From NCBI RefSeq assembly GCF_030144855.1, contig NC_082707.1:39122001-39186000 (forward strand): a DNA stretch of 64,000 bases, written 5' to 3'. This DNA comes from Hypanus sabinus. Lineage: Eukaryota. This document shows positions 1 to 13,443 of the stretch, piece by piece. Within the stretch, counting starts at the first letter, position 1; every line of letters starts with the position of its first letter. The notes under the pieces were generated by a model that was not told where the DNA came from, searched no databases, and saw only the letters and a program-made list of their open reading frames with translations. The position numbers were made by a program, and so were the translations under genes.

Positions 1-88
1 AACAAGCAGGGAGAAAACAATTCCTTTGACAATAGATGCAACCAAGATAGGGAGCACGGTAGTGTTCTGATTAGCACAAAGCTTTACA

Positions 89-870
89 GTAGTGGTCACC
101 AAACTTTTTAAGCCCAGGATCCCCTACCTCGGCCTTAGTGAAAGGCAAGATCGACCTACTAAATCGTTAGAGAAAAGACAGCTCAGATTGTACTTCCAAC
201 TTGAGGCCCTTTATTTGAGCTAATTGTATATTAATTACATAAAATGCTTTTGTCAAACTTTCAAATTAATTCAACCAAGAAAACACTATAACCAGCATAT
301 CAAACAGGCCATAGCAGCATCGAGCTTATCCAATAATGCTTTGAATAAGTGGTGCTGAAGCACTTTTGCTCGAATCAAATTTATCAGCTTGACCACCAGT
401 GACATCACATGAGAAAAGTCCACGACCTTCCCAGCCAAGGCCTGCTGATGAATCACAAAGTGATAATCCAGGAAGTCAGGAAAATCAGGGTCATTACGGC
501 ACAGTGCTATAAAAACCAAAATGCAAACCGCGCATTGCTGGGCCCCATCATTAGCAATTGCTCCCAGTTTATGAATGGGGATGTCATTTTCACGGACATT
601 TTTTTAAAACTCATTGTAAATATCCTCACCTCTCATTCTCTCCTTTAAGTGCAAAAGAGTGAGGAAGTCCTCCTTTGTTGTAAAATCCCGGAAAGCCATT
701 CTGACAAATACAACAAGCTGAGCTGTTTGCGTTACATCCAGGGATTCATCGAACTGTAGTGAAAAATATTCATAGAGTGACAAGTCCTTTAACACTTGTC
801 GATCCACGTCTTCTGAGCAGCATGTTTGCTGGGCCTTCAACCCCGCTTTCAGCTCCTCAACTTTCCTGGT
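89..870 (-). mobile_element. Internally deleted hAT (Charlie/Buster, GTF2IRD2-like) transposon remnant
   Basis: Frameshifted transposase pieces FSLQFDESLDV (604-840), IANDGA (about 540-570) and HFVIHQQAL (286-519); hAT-type terminus AGTGGTCACCAAACTTTTT near 90. Confidence 0.85.
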
Positions 871-894
871 ATTGGTAAAATATTACTGAGACAC

Positions 895-1397
895 ATGGGG
901 TGTATGGGGTGTCAGGGAGAGGTAGTACCTCTGACAGGGAACACGTCGTACTCTTCTGGGTAGATCGTCCGCATTGGTCCTCACCTGACACTCAGCTCTC
1001 ACCAGTGGTTCCTCTTAGCTGCTTGCATGCAACAGCGGCCACACCCCGGGCAACGGCTTCGACTGGCCGGCAAAACCTGGTGAGGGTAGCCGATGGGCCT
1101 CAAACCCTCGGTGAGTTAGAGTTTATCTACCTACACATGCAAAGACTGAATTCGGCAGACTACGCGGAGGAGACCACCACTTGGCGGTCCAACGAGTAGA
1201 AAGGCGGACCCAGCAAAGCATTGTGGAGTGCAATCAGGGCACAGTGAGACACGTAGGACACTGCTGGCCATCCACTGCAACCTGACTTATCTCCAGCCGT
1301 CTCAACTCCGTCTTGCAACTGGATACAGATAGGTCGGGACGAGAGGGTGAGGCTGACGATTTGCATGCCACAATTCCTGAACGAAGTCAAAAAAAAA
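895..1397 (+). repeat. GC-rich non-coding interspersed element with A-tail (possibly derived from an RTE-clade 5' UTR)
   Basis: Abrupt CpG-rich block interrupting the hAT remnant and ending in an A run near 1389-1397; no credible ORF. Confidence 0.4.
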
Positions 1398-3489
1398 GGT
1401 CGATCATCCCCAAGACGCTGAATGACATTAACTTTATACAATCCTTTGAACTCGGATAACTCCGGTAATGCCTTCACTCTCTGATACCAATCTGTAAGGG
1501 AAAAATAAACGTGCAACAAACAAAACTGGTGGAGCCTCCACACCTCCGACTGGCAACAACAACGTTGCACAAAAATAAAAATGAGAACTGCGTCACAGAC
1601 TACGGGTTGGTTGAAGTACTGTTTGGAATATGCCATCACATGACATAATATCACCCTATGGTCATAAGATAATTATATCATCCCACTCACAAGACTATTA
1701 CATCGTCCCACTGTCCCGTGATCAAACTGTGAGCATGTAGCTTAGCCTTCTCACTTCCTTTCTTCATTCAGTGTAAAATTAACTTAGTTTTCCTAAATTC
1801 TCTCAACATTGTACTTTTCTGTTGAATCATAGCTCACAAATCCTAACAATGACATCTATCACCAAGGGCAGCAGGCACATGGGAATGTCACAACCTGTCT
1901 GTTTCCCCAAGTGCACACAACTCTGATGTGATAATATTTCACCAATCCTTTAATACTGTAGCGTCTAAGTCTTGGAACAACTCACCCAACAGCATTGTGG
2001 AGATATCTTTACGTAAAAGACTACAGCCATTCCAAAAAGCTGCTTACTAACAACATTTGAAGGGCAAATAGAGTGGGGCTTGTGATGCCCAGATATTGGA
2101 AAATGAATTAATTTTTTTTAAAAAATCTTCACAATACCTTTGGCTTCTTTCCGAGATTGTGGTGCCTGAAACTGAACATAGTTCTTCAGCTGAAAGTTAA
2201 CCTTTGGTTGCTAAGAAACGAAATCTGAGAGTGCTGGAGAACCTGGCATGTCAAGGAGCATCTGTGGAAGGAAAAACACTCAGTGTTTCAACGTAAGGTT
2301 TCGGACGACTCTTCATTAAACCAGACAGCCATTTGCCCTCTTTATTTGTGCCAAAGAAATTCAACAGGAGGAGGAATACCTTTTCTGAGAAGTTTGAATG
2401 TGATGAGGGTGAATTGCTGTTGCGTGACATGTTAACCACTGGCCTCTGCTCTTCTCCATCTCTTATTATGCTCTTGTTTTAGGTTTTGCTGAGACCTGAT
2501 ATTTGCCAGAAAAAGAGGTTACTTGTTTCCTTTAAACAAACCCTTGCATTGAGGAAACAATATTAGATTTTTAACCTTAACTAAAGATATAAATTCCTCC
2601 AGTCTTTCTTGGAAGCATGAATGGCCTTTTCTTCAGGAACATTTTTTTAACTGAGGAAACAGAAAACAATATTCAATAAAGCTTTGGTAATTATTAATAA
2701 GTTGAATAAGAGAAAGTCACTTAAGTCACGCACCAAACCAAATAAATTTAATTAGTTTACCACTGGTTGATCCGAACTTTGGAATGCAGATGATTATTTC
2801 AATGTTTGAAAATGAAACAAAACTTTGAAATGCAGTAAAGAGCATAGAGAATATAAAAGGCTTTAGGAAGATGGAATGGAGAGACATGTGGAAAATTAAT
2901 TTTAAACAAGGAAGTGCAAAACAATATATTTTGTATGAAGAAGGAGGCTTTTCATTGACCATGTAAGTAAATGATGGTATACAAGCACAAAATCAGCATC
3001 ATTCTATTAAATTTCTGGTTTGGTGCATGACTTAAGAAACCTTCCCACAGGCAGTTTTGTATATACTGGGGGATGTACCGAGGCAAATAGTGAGTATGGG
3101 CTGTTTTCCAAAGTTCAGCTCAACACATAATCAGAAAAGCAAAGGACCAAAGGGAATAGGAGCAGAATTAGACCATGGCCCATAAAGTACATTCTGCCAT
3201 TCCAACATGGCTGATTTACTGTGCCTCTCATTCTCCTGCCTTCTCCCCACAACCATTGACACCCTACACTGTAAGCAAACTAAAGAAGAACTAATTAAAT
3301 TTATTAAGCTTATTGTTCATGACGAATCACAAAGGTGTTCTTTAAATCCCCCTCCTGTAACTTTAATCGTGCTTACTTGCACGGAGGCTTTATTGAATTG
3401 GATTTTTAGATTACTGACTGAAAATTAGTGACATTCATTATAAGTGCGTTACCATCTATGTGATAGAACATCCCTTTGGCTCTTAATTT

Positions 3490-4310
3490 CATAAGACCAT
3501 AAGGTATAGGAGGAGAATTAGGCCATTTGGCCCACCCAGTCTGCTCCACTATTTCATCATGGCTCATCCAATTTTCCTTTCAGCCCCAATCTCCTGGCTT
3601 CTCCTTGTATCTTTTCATGCACTGACCAATCAAGAATCTGTCAGTTTCTGCCTTAAATATACATGAAAACTTGCCCTCCTTAACTGCCTGTGACAAAGAA
3701 TTCCATAGATTCACCACTCTCTGGCAAAATAAATTCCTCCGCAGCTCCATTCTAAAAGGACACCCCTTTATTCTAAGGTTGTGTCCTCTGGTCTTAGACT
3801 CTCCCACCATAGGAAACATCCTCTCCACATTCACTCTTTCAAGGCTTTTCACCATTCAATAGGTTTCAATGAGGTCACCCCTCATTCTTCTGAATGACTG
3901 TGAATGCAGGCCCAGAGCCATCAAACACTCTTCATATGACAAGCTATTCAATCCTTGAATCACTTTCGTGAACCTCCTTTGAACCCTCTCCAGTTTCAGC
4001 ACATCCTTTCCAAGATAAGGGGCCCAAACCTATTGCTCCAAGTGAGGCCTCACCAATGCTTTATAAAGTCTCAACATTACATCCTTGTTTTTACATATTA
4101 GTCCTCTTGAAATGAATGCTAACATTGTATTTGTCTTCTTTACAACAGAATCAATCTGTTAATCAACCTTTAGGGAATCCTGCACAAGGACTCCTTTTAC
4201 ACCTCAGTTTCTTTTTGTATTATCCCTCCATTTAGAAAATAGTCAACTGTTGCATTTCTTCTAACAAAGTGCATGACCATACACTTCACGACACTGTATT
4301 CCATCTGTAT
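3490..4310 (-). mobile_element. CR1 LINE, 5'-truncated 3' fragment
   Basis: ORF2 C-terminus (TRGHNLRI...RRNLFCQRVVNLWNSL) and the tail shared with other CR1 copies in the window. Confidence 0.9.
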
Positions 4311-5590
4311 ACATGGAATGACGAACATTAAAGAAAGATCTAAAATATATTCTTGGTTTTGAGAATAAAATAGAACAAGCAGAAGAAATTGGTTCCACTG
4401 GGTCAGCAGCCCAATGGAGCAGTTCAAATACATACTGATTGTGGAACAGCAAGTGAGCGAGTGTCTTTGACGCGATCTATGTTGAGTCTAGCTTGAAGGA
4501 AATATTTGCTCCAATAGTGGATCTTAATTTCTCTACCCATTCTATACAGGCCTCCTCAGCTGAGTTACATTTTAGAATAATGGTTGAAGAAACATATTTT
4601 TATACCTTCCTTAAGGATTAATGTTTTGGAGCTCCACAGGTTTTGCCCTGAAATGTCCACAGTTCCTTTCCCCTAGAGATGCTGCTTAAACATTGAGTTC
4701 CTCTGGCAGATTGTTTGTTGATCTAGGTTTTGGGGCTTGTGACTGTTTTGCTGACTGCACTAAAAAGTATTGCTTTTAGAATGGGGATGCAAATTCTAGG
4801 AAATAATAAAAGAATTAAAATTAATTATGGTGTCTGAACAGCAAATCCAGCAATTCATCCAGTAATTCGTCCAGGAATTACTCATAACAGATGATAAACA
4901 TAAGTCAGCTTTTCAGTTCTTATATCTTCAGAAAGACAAATCTCAGGGTTGTATTCTGCATACATACTTTGATAATAAATGTACTTTGAATCTTTATAAG
5001 TGACAAGGCAACTCCAGATATTTTATCTGCTTTTCCAAACTGAGGTTCTTAAAGAATAAAGGGCAGATGATATACAGTACAGCTTCAATATAAGGAGGTT
5101 ATCAGGAATTGGTATGTGCATAAAAATTCTTCTACATTTAGCAGGTTTCATTTTTATTTATGCAATTCTCACCTTGGGCCACATGATATTGCCTACAGTA
5201 TATCTGAGGTGTTGATATAATGAGGTGCATCATGCTCTTTTTATTTTAGCTAAGCAAATAAATGAATTACACTCAGCATATAAAATCTAAGTGCCAGATG
5301 ACGCTAATAACTTTCTCTTTGCATTATTTTATTCCTGCTTTCTTTAAATTATAAAAGAATCTACCTGAGCTCAAACTTTAGCAGGATAGAAAGTTGTTAG
5401 AATATTCATTATTAGTAGAAATAATTAAATATAGAAAGAGGAGTAAACATTTCAACTCTAAAAGCCTTTACACCTTCAAGTGGGAAGCTGTGATTAAGCT
5501 GTCATTACGAATTTGGTTCCAGTTTTGTAACTTTTTTAATCTTAAAAAATTTAAACTTTTTAGTTGAATTTATTGAAATTATTTATTTAT

Positions 5591-6610
5591 CAAGTCAAGT
5601 CAAGTTACTTTTATTGTCATTTTGACCATAACTGCTGGTACAGTACATAGTAAAAATGAGACAATATTTTTCAGGAAAAATATAATAAAAACACAAAATG
5701 CTGGCAGAACTCAGCAGGCCAGACAGCATCTATGGGAGGAGGTAGTGACGACATTTCGGGCCGAAACCCTTCATCAGGAGGATCACTACCTCCTCCCATA
5801 GATGCTGTCTGGCCTGCTGCGTTCTGCCAGCATTTTCTGTTTTTATTTATTTCCAGCATCTGCAGATTCACTAATGTTTTTCAGGAGCATGGTGTTACAT
5901 GACACAGTACAAAAACTAGACTGAACTACATAAAAAACAACACAGAGAAAGAAAAAAACACACAACAACTACACTAGACTACAGACCTACCCAGGACTGC
6001 ATAAAGTGCACAAAACAGTGCAGGCATTACAATAAATAATAAACAAGACAATAAGGAAGTAAGGTGTCAGTCCAGACTCTGGGTATTGAGGAGTCTGATA
6101 GCTTGGGGGAAGAAACTGTTACATAGTCTGGTCGTGAGAGCTCGAATGCTTCGGTACCTTTTCCCAGACAGCAGGAGGGAGAAGAGATTGTTTGAGGGGT
6201 GCATGGGGTCCATCATAATGCCGTTTGCTTTGTGGATGCAGCATGTAATATAAACGTCCGTGATGGCAGGAAGAGAGACCCCGATGATCTTCTCAGCTGA
6301 CCTCACTATCCGCTGCAGAGTCTTGCGATCCGAGACGGTGCAATTTCCGAACCAGGCAGTGATGCAGCTGCTCAGGATGCTCTCAATACAACCCCTGTAG
6401 AATGTGATGAGGATGGGGGGGTGGGAGATGGATTTCCCTCAGCATTTGCAGAAAAAAGAGACGCTGTTGGGCTTTCTTTGCTATGGAGCTGTGTTGAGGG
6501 ACCAGGTGAGAGTCTCCGCCAGGTGAACACCAAGAAATTTGGCGCTCTTAACGATCTCTACCGAGGAGCCGTCGAAGTTCATGGGGAGTGGTCCCTCTGT
6601 GCCCTCCTTC
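5591..6610 (-). mobile_element. Rex1/Babar-type LINE 3' fragment
   Basis: ORF C-terminus SAEKIIG...LFSLLLSGKRYRSIRALTTRLCNSFFPQAIRLLN; (CAAGT)n tail at 5591. Confidence 0.8.
5677..5876. mobile_element. Fold-back Penelope-derived mini-element with a hammerhead core in the loop
   Basis: 64-bp inverted arms 5685-5748 / 5783-5846 (2 mismatches); 10-bp TSD TTTTTCAGGA (5667-5676, 5877-5886); minus strand reads CTGATGAAGGGTTTCGGCCCGAAATGTC. Confidence 0.85.
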
Positions 6611-9600
6611 GTTAAATGATCCTACCTTTCTTTTTTGGAGGAATAAAGGGGTTTATTCCTTCATGGATCTGTTCCAAGATGGCCGATTGACTTCTTTTGA
6701 GAAATTAGTAACTAAATACTCTCTCTCATATTCACATTTCCTGCAATATCTTCAGGTCAGACACTTCTTACAAAAATACTTAAGTAATTTTCCATATATA
6801 CAAGATTCTGACCTGTTAGATATTATTTAAAAAATTAATCCTTTAGTGAAGGGTTTTATTGGGAAAATTTATAATTTATTGTTACAACAGCACAATTACC
6901 TTTCACTTAAGATTAAGCAAGATTGGGAGAGAGAGCTTAACATGACCCTGATAACAGAAGATTGGTTGTGGATTTTGAAGCTGGTTAACTCTTCTTTGAT
7001 CTGTGCCAGTCACTCTTTAATTCAATTTAAAATTGTAAATCATTACTGTTTGACAAAGGAGAGACTGTCTAAAATGTTTCCTAATGTTGATAGTCAGTGT
7101 GACAGATGTAAAACCGAGACAGCCACATTGACACATATGTTTTGGTCATGTTCTGTACTGAAACATTTTTGGAAGTCTATTTTCTCTACAATTTCTAAAG
7201 TTTTAAAAATTAATTAACAACCTAATAAATTGACAGTTTTATTTCGTATAATCCCTCAGTATATTCATGGTATTTCTCCATCAGACCAACATGTAATTGC
7301 GTTTGTTACATTATTGGCCAGAAGGGCTATTTAGTTGAAATGGAAATATGTTTCTGCTCCTACTTTGATACAATGGTTCTCTCAGGTGATGCTATGTCTT
7401 AGTTTGGAGAAAATCAGAAGTCAAATTCTTCAAGGCATTCTTCAATTATGTGAAAAACAAAAGGATGACAGGAGTGAAGGTAGGGCCGATTAGAGATAAA
7501 AGTGGGAAGATGTGCCTGGAGGCTGTGGAAGTGAGCGAGATCCTCAATGAATACTTCTCTTCAGTATTCACTACTGAGAGGGAACTTGATGATGGTGAGG
7601 ACAAGATGAGTGAGGTTGATGTTCTGGAGCATGTTGATATTAAGGGAGAGGAGGTGTTGGAGTTGTTAAAATACATTAGGACGGATAAGTCCCCGGGGTC
7701 TGACGGAATATTCCCCAGGCTGCTCCATGAGGCAAGGGAAGAGATTGCTGAACCTCTGGCTAAGATCTTTATGTCATCGTTGTCCACGGGAATGGTACCG
7801 GAGGATTGGAGGGAGGCGAATGTTGTTCCCTTGTTCAAAAAAGGTAGTAAGGATAGTCCTGGTAATTATAGTCCAGTGAGCCCTACATCTGTGGTGGGAA
7901 AGCTGTTGGAAAAGATACTTAGAGATAGGATCTGTGGGCATTTAGAGAAACATGGTCTGATCAGGGACAGTCAGCATGGCTTTGTGAAAGGCAGATCGTG
8001 CCTAACAAGCCTGATTGAGGAGGTGAGCAGGCATATAGATGAGGGTAGTGCAGTGGATGTGATCTACATGGATTTTAATAAGGTATTTGACAAGGTTCCA
8101 CATGGTAGGCTTATTCAGAAAGTCAGAAGGCATGGGATCCAGGGAAGTTTGGCCAGGTGGGTTCAGAATTGGCTTGCCTGCAGAAGGCAGAGGGTCATGG
8201 TGGAGGAAGTACATTCAGATTGGAGGGTTGTGACTAGAGGTGTCCCACAAGGATCTCTTCTGGGACCTCTACTTTTTATGATTTTTATTAACAACCTGGA
8301 TGAGGGGGTTGGCAAGTTTGCAAATGACACAAAGGTTGGTGGTGTTGTAGATATTGTAGAGGATTGTCGAAGATTGCAGAGAGACATTAATAGGATGCAG
8401 AAGTGGGCTGAGAAGTGGCAAATGGAGTTCAACCCGGAGAAGTGTGAGGTGGTACACTTTGGAAGGACAAACTCCAAGGCAGAGTACAAAGTAAATGGCA
8501 GGATACTTGGTAGTGTGGAGGAGCAGAGGGATTTGGGGGTACATGTCCACAGATCCCTGAAAGTTGCCTCACAGGTAAATAGGGTAGTTAAAAAAGCTTA
8601 TGGGGTGTTAGCTTTCATAAGTCGAGGGACAGAGTTTAAGAGACGCGATGTAATGATGCAGCTCTATAAAACTCTATTTAGACCACACTTGGAGTACTGT
8701 GTCCAGTTCTGGTCACCTCAGTATAGGAAGGATGTAGAAGCATTGGAAAGGGTACAGAGGAGATTTACCAGGATGCTGCCTGGTTTAGAGAGTATGGATT
8801 ATGATCAAAGATTAAAGGAGCTAGGGCTTTACTCTTTGGAGAGAAGGAGGATGAGAGGAGACATGATATAGGTGTACAAGATATTAAGAGGAATAGACAG
8901 AGTGGACAGCCAGCGCCTCTTCCCCAGGGCACCACTGCTCAGTACAAGAGGACATGGCTTTAAGGTAAGGGGAAGGAAGTTCAAGGGGGATATTAGAGGA
9001 TGGTTTTTCACTCAGAGAGTGGTTGGTGTATGGAATGCACTGCCTGAGTCAGTGATGGAGGCAAATACACTAGTGAAGTTTAAGAGACTATGAGACAGGT
9101 ATACGGAGGAATTTAAGGTGGTTGGTTATATGGGAGGCGGGGTTTGAGGGTCAGCACAACATTGTGGGCCGAAGGGCCTGTAATGTGCTGTACTATTCTG
9201 TTCTACGTTCTAAATTTTCGATCCACAATTTGATTTTGAGAAAAGGTGGGGTTCATTCGCCCACTACTATCATCTGATTTGAGTTAATTAATATGGTTTC
9301 CTTCCGATTTTTCTTTGAGTGGATTTGAGTTGGCAGATTGATGTTTTTCTTTAATGGAAGCTTGTATGATGTATAGCTCCGGGGTTGTGCTCCCAATGGG
9401 TTTTTTTTCCAGTTAGTAGGGGTTTTTTTAGTTAGAAGGGTTTTTTTTTCCTTCTTTTTCTTTCAAAAAATTTTCTTAACACTTTATTTTCTCTTATTAT
9501 TATTGATATATTACTTAGCTTTGTTAATCAGTTATTTGCTAATTTAATTCCTTATTGTATATAATGATATATTGACTTAATGTATCTTTTTACTTGTTAA

Positions 9601-9640
9601 TCTTCAATAATAATTAATAAAAAGATTTTAAAATGAAATG
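6611..9640 (+). mobile_element. L1-clade LINE 3' fragment, split by a CR1 insertion
   Basis: ORF2 C-terminal cysteine-rich motif CDRCKTETATLTHMFWSC (6846-7217). The reading resumes after 9211 (FDPQFDFEKRWGSFAHYYHLI*), followed by a T-rich 3' UTR and AATAAA near 9616. Confidence 0.85.
7427..9211 (+). mobile_element. CR1 LINE, 5'-truncated, relatively young, RT region open for 473 aa
   Basis: KSPGSDGI, QHGFVKGRSCLT, DFNKVFDKVPH, GVPQGSLLGP; catalytic FADD altered to FAND with a small deletion; tandem TTCTA-like tail. Confidence 0.93.
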
Positions 9641-9647
9641 GAAGTGG

Positions 9648-9861
9648 TGTGGCGACTCACTTTCTGTGCAGGCAAACCGGCTCACAAATAGCCAGCGCGT
9701 GGGGGGAGACTTTGGTAATGCACCTCTGATGTAATTTCCGCCCGGAGAGGGCGGGCGCTAGGGATTAAATGCCAGTGCCGCAAAGTTTGAATAAACTAGT
9801 CTCGAAATGACTTACCAACTGCGTGTCATTATTTCAGCGCTGTGTGTAGCACATCGCTACA
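9648..9861 (+). mobile_element. Solo LTR (Gypsy-like)
   Basis: TGTGGCGA...TCGCTACA inverted termini, internal AATAAA, 4-bp TSD GTGG (9644-9647, 9862-9865). Confidence 0.85.
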
Positions 9862-9909
9862 GTGGGAATATTTTCTTATCTAACACCATCCATCATCTTT
9901 AGTCTCAAT

Positions 9910-11270
9910 TCATAGATTCATAGAGTTAGACAGCACAGTAATGGACTCGTGACCATACAAACCAAGATGCCTGTCTAAGTTGATCCATTTGCCTGTGTTT
10001 GGCAGACAACCCTCTAAACCAGGAGTTCCCAACCTTTTTTTTATGTCATGGACCCCCACCGTTAACTGAGCGGTCCGTGGTCCCTGGGTTGATAACCCCT
10101 GCTCTAAATGTTTCCTAACCATATTCCTGTCCAAATGTTTTATCAAACATCATAATTGTATTTGTCTCTACCAACTCCATAGGCAGTTTGTTCCATTTAC
10201 CTATCACCCTCTGTGTGATAAACTTTCCTCTCAGATCCTCTTTCACCGACAACCCAGATGACTGCCCTGGGACATACCTTCGCACCAGTGGTCCCAGTTT
10301 ATCCATTCTATCTCCATATCTCAAGCCCGTCATTCCAAACAATATCCATATGAATATTTTCTTCATATGATCATGCTTGTTCATGTCCTTCTTGTAATGT
10401 GGGGACTAGAAATGCACACAGTGATCTGTCTCTGGATAAATGAATCTTTTATACAACTGTAATATAAGGTCCCAGTTCTTGTACTCAATGCCATATTCAG
10501 GAAAAGCGAGCAAGCCATACACCTTCTTTACCAGGTTATCTGCGTATGTTGTTATTTTCAGGAACAATGTACTTCTACACCTCTGGTCTCTATGTTCAAC
10601 AACACTTCAAAAGGTCCCTGCCATTCTCTGCAGATGTCATACCTGGTTTAACTCCCCAAAATGGATCAGGTCGCACTTACCTAGGTTAAATTCCATCTGC
10701 TGTTTTTTTGCCTGATTTCCTGGTTGATCAATCTCCTGTTATAACCTTAGACAACATTCTTCACTAAAATCTATAAGATAAGATAAAATAAAACTTTATT
10801 TATCCCAAAGGAAATTATTGTAGCAAGGTTACTCAGTCAGCAATGTATTCCAGTATTCAGAAGAGCTTGCTCTAAGTATGAACAGGATTATGATTGTAAA
10901 CAAGGTGGAACAGCAGAAACCTGATTGGTTGAAGTCTAACCAATCAAGAAGGTCGGACGACAGGGGTACATATACCAGCAGAGTAGACGTGCCTAGGATT
11001 CGTCCCTGATCAAGGTGATGGAGTCTGTCATCAAAGCGTTGGTTGAAATCGATACCTGTACCTAGCTGGAAGCCTGGGAAGAGTTTATTCATCTGCAAAC
11101 TTGTTATCCATGCCATTAATAACCTCATCCAAATCATTTAGAAGATAAACAACAGAGGATCCAGCTCTGACCCATCACAAGCCTCCAATCTGTAAAACAG
11201 GGCCCTCCACACATTTCTCCCCCAACCGACCTCTGCCTCCTGCCACCAAGCCAGCTAGGAATAGCTGATT
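9910..11270 (-). mobile_element. Old, degraded CR1 fragments
   Basis: Decayed ORF2 motifs (KFITQRVIGKWNKLP) and a CATAGA-type tail at 9911. Confidence 0.65.
10020..10101. mobile_element. 82-bp hAT MITE
   Basis: CAGGAGTTCCCAACC...GGTTGATAACCCCTG termini; 8-bp TSD CTCTAAAC / CTCTAAAT. Confidence 0.8.
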
Positions 11271-11389
11271 CCTAACTAAGAATAAATGATCAACCTCACA
11301 TATTAAGTCATTATTTGAACTAATAGCCACTGTGAATTTCCACATTTTCAAATTCCCTGATGAATGAGCTACATCTGCTTTTCATGCGC

Positions 11390-11900
11390 AAAAGCAAACT
11401 GTTGGAAGATGCACCTGTTGAGGCAAACAGATGGTTGAAAATAGGGAAGGTAACAAGGTGAGAGAGCAGTTGGAAAGATATTCAGTAGGTGGATCCAGGT
11501 GAGGAGTGAGTGATTGACAGATTGAGCCAGATGGGGAGGAAAAGTTAGAGATAGTGAATGAGGCTGGGAGGTGATGGGTGGAGGCAACAAAGGGCTCCAG
11601 ATAATGGAATCAGATAAGTAAGGAAGCTGATGAGTGAAAGCAGATGCTGGTTAGACGGAAACGGTGAGGGGTTAAGAGGAGACAGGTTATCAAATGGATA
11701 GAGGGTGTTACTGATAGGCAGGTGGGGAGGGTAAAGAGCCTCAGTAAAAGGAGCTGGTGAGGAGGGTAGTGCTGAGAAAGCAAGCGGTGTGTAAAACAAC
11801 CTGGATGTATCAGAGGCAAAGGGAAAGGAACCGAATGGGTGTGGGTTACCTGAATTTAAGTTTACTTGAAATCAGTGTTCATGCTGTTGGGTTGAACACT
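11390..11900 (-). mobile_element. Degraded Penelope-like 3' fragment
   Basis: Purine-rich tract and remnant similar to the reverse complement of 56490-56780. Confidence 0.55.
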
Positions 11901-12711
11901 ATGTAAGAATACCTTGGTCCCCTTCGAATTCCTGTGATCCTTATTTTTCACATTACCTGCCTCTACATCCAGAACTTTTCTCACTCCTCAGAGCCCTAGT
12001 AACCTTATGCACAATCTGCCCTGTGTGTTACTGAGACTTCAGCATTCTATGTTCAGTATTATGTAATGGTCATTCTGTACACCAAGTTTGGTCCAGAACT
12101 CCAGATTTGAAAACAATTAGCTTTAAAAACTATTTTTAAAGCTCACTGCTTCTTTTTACTGATGTGTGTTTGAACCATTAACTCACTCATGATTTTCTTT
12201 TCTTCAACATGCAAACTCATACCTTTTCCTTTCTGATCAGCATGGATGATCTCACAATTAACTTCCTGCGGGTTCTGGTGAACTGGTGCATCAGAGGAAT
12301 TAAACTTGAGATGGATCATCTTTCCTCTTTTTACTGCATGGTGGGTCAGGCTTCAGAGACCAGGTGGCTCCTATGTTCTTGGATGCTGTGGAGGTCAGTG
12401 AACACCCAGAGCCCCATTAGGTATTCCTGCAGGTAATGGCCAGAGCAGGTTTCTCCAGGGATAAATGACCCAGCGGCATGCAGCAATGTTGCAAGAAAGC
12501 TCATGATCTCATATGATAATATCAAAGTGAGTTTACACACTAGTGGTAAGACTGCTGTCTTATCAAGATGGACTTTTAGACACACATATACACTCCCTCT
12601 CATGTACTCACATAAACTGTCTAGCACCTAAATTGTCACTTGATTATACTGACTCAATTTCACCCACATCAACTCACTGCTGAGATGGTGCTGATGACTG
12701 AGGATAGGCTA

Positions 12712-13443
12712 ACTGAACTGAATAGAATTGAATTGACTTTATTACTTACATGCTTCATATACAGGAGGAGTAAAAATATTTGTGTTACTTCTCCATCTAA
12801 ATGTGCAATGTGCAATTAATAGTAATTTGTAATAAATAGTACGTACAACAGGAAGGTCAATATAACATAGAAATACAATTGAATCAGCATGAATTAATCA
12901 GTCTAAAGGCCTGATGGAAGAAGCTGTCCAGAGCCTGTTGGACCTGGTGGTAGCATTTCCTGGATGGTAGAAGCTGGAACAGTTTGTGGTTGGTGTGACT
13001 TGGGTCCCCAGTGACCTTTCGGGGCCTTTTTACACACTTGTCTTTGTAAATGTCCTGAATCATGGGAAGTTCACAACTACAGGTGCGCTGGGCTGTCCGC
13101 ACCACTCTCTGCAGAGTCCTGCGATTAAGGGAAGTACAGTTCCCATACCAGGCAGTGATGCAGCCAGTCAGGAAGTTCTCAATTGTGCCCCTGTAGAAAG
13201 TTCTTAAGATGTGGGGACCCATACCAAACTTCCTCAACCGTCTGAGGTGAAAGAGGCACTGTTGTGCCTTTTTCACCACACAGCCCGTATACACAGACCA
13301 CGTGAGATCCTCAGTGATGTGTATGCCAAGAAACTTATAACTGCTCACCCTCTCAACCCCAGATCCATTGATGTCAATAGGGATTAGCCCATCTCCATTC
13401 CTCCTGTAATCCACAACCAGCTCCTTTGTTTTGCAACATTGAG
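12712..13443 (-). mobile_element. Rex1/Babar-type LINE 3' fragment
   Basis: 176-aa ORF ERVSSYKFLGIHITEDLTWS...KKAQQCLFHLRRLRKF; (GAATT)n tail; near-identical copies at 46915 and 56950. Confidence 0.88.

Noticed and set aside
286-840. GTF2IRD2/ZBED-like host gene
   Set aside because: Frameshifted and internally deleted, directly adjacent to a transposon terminus.
5685-5846. Hairpins as miRNA precursors, terminators or a CRISPR-like array
   Set aside because: They are dispersed, TSD-flanked and homologous to the Penelope 3' end at 56780-56910; there is no repeat-spacer periodicity and the DNA is eukaryotic.
7450-8871. 473-aa reverse transcriptase ORF as a domesticated gene or active element
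   Set aside because: 5'-truncated CR1 with no endonuclease, catalytic FADD changed to FAND with deletions, and a stop before the C-terminus.
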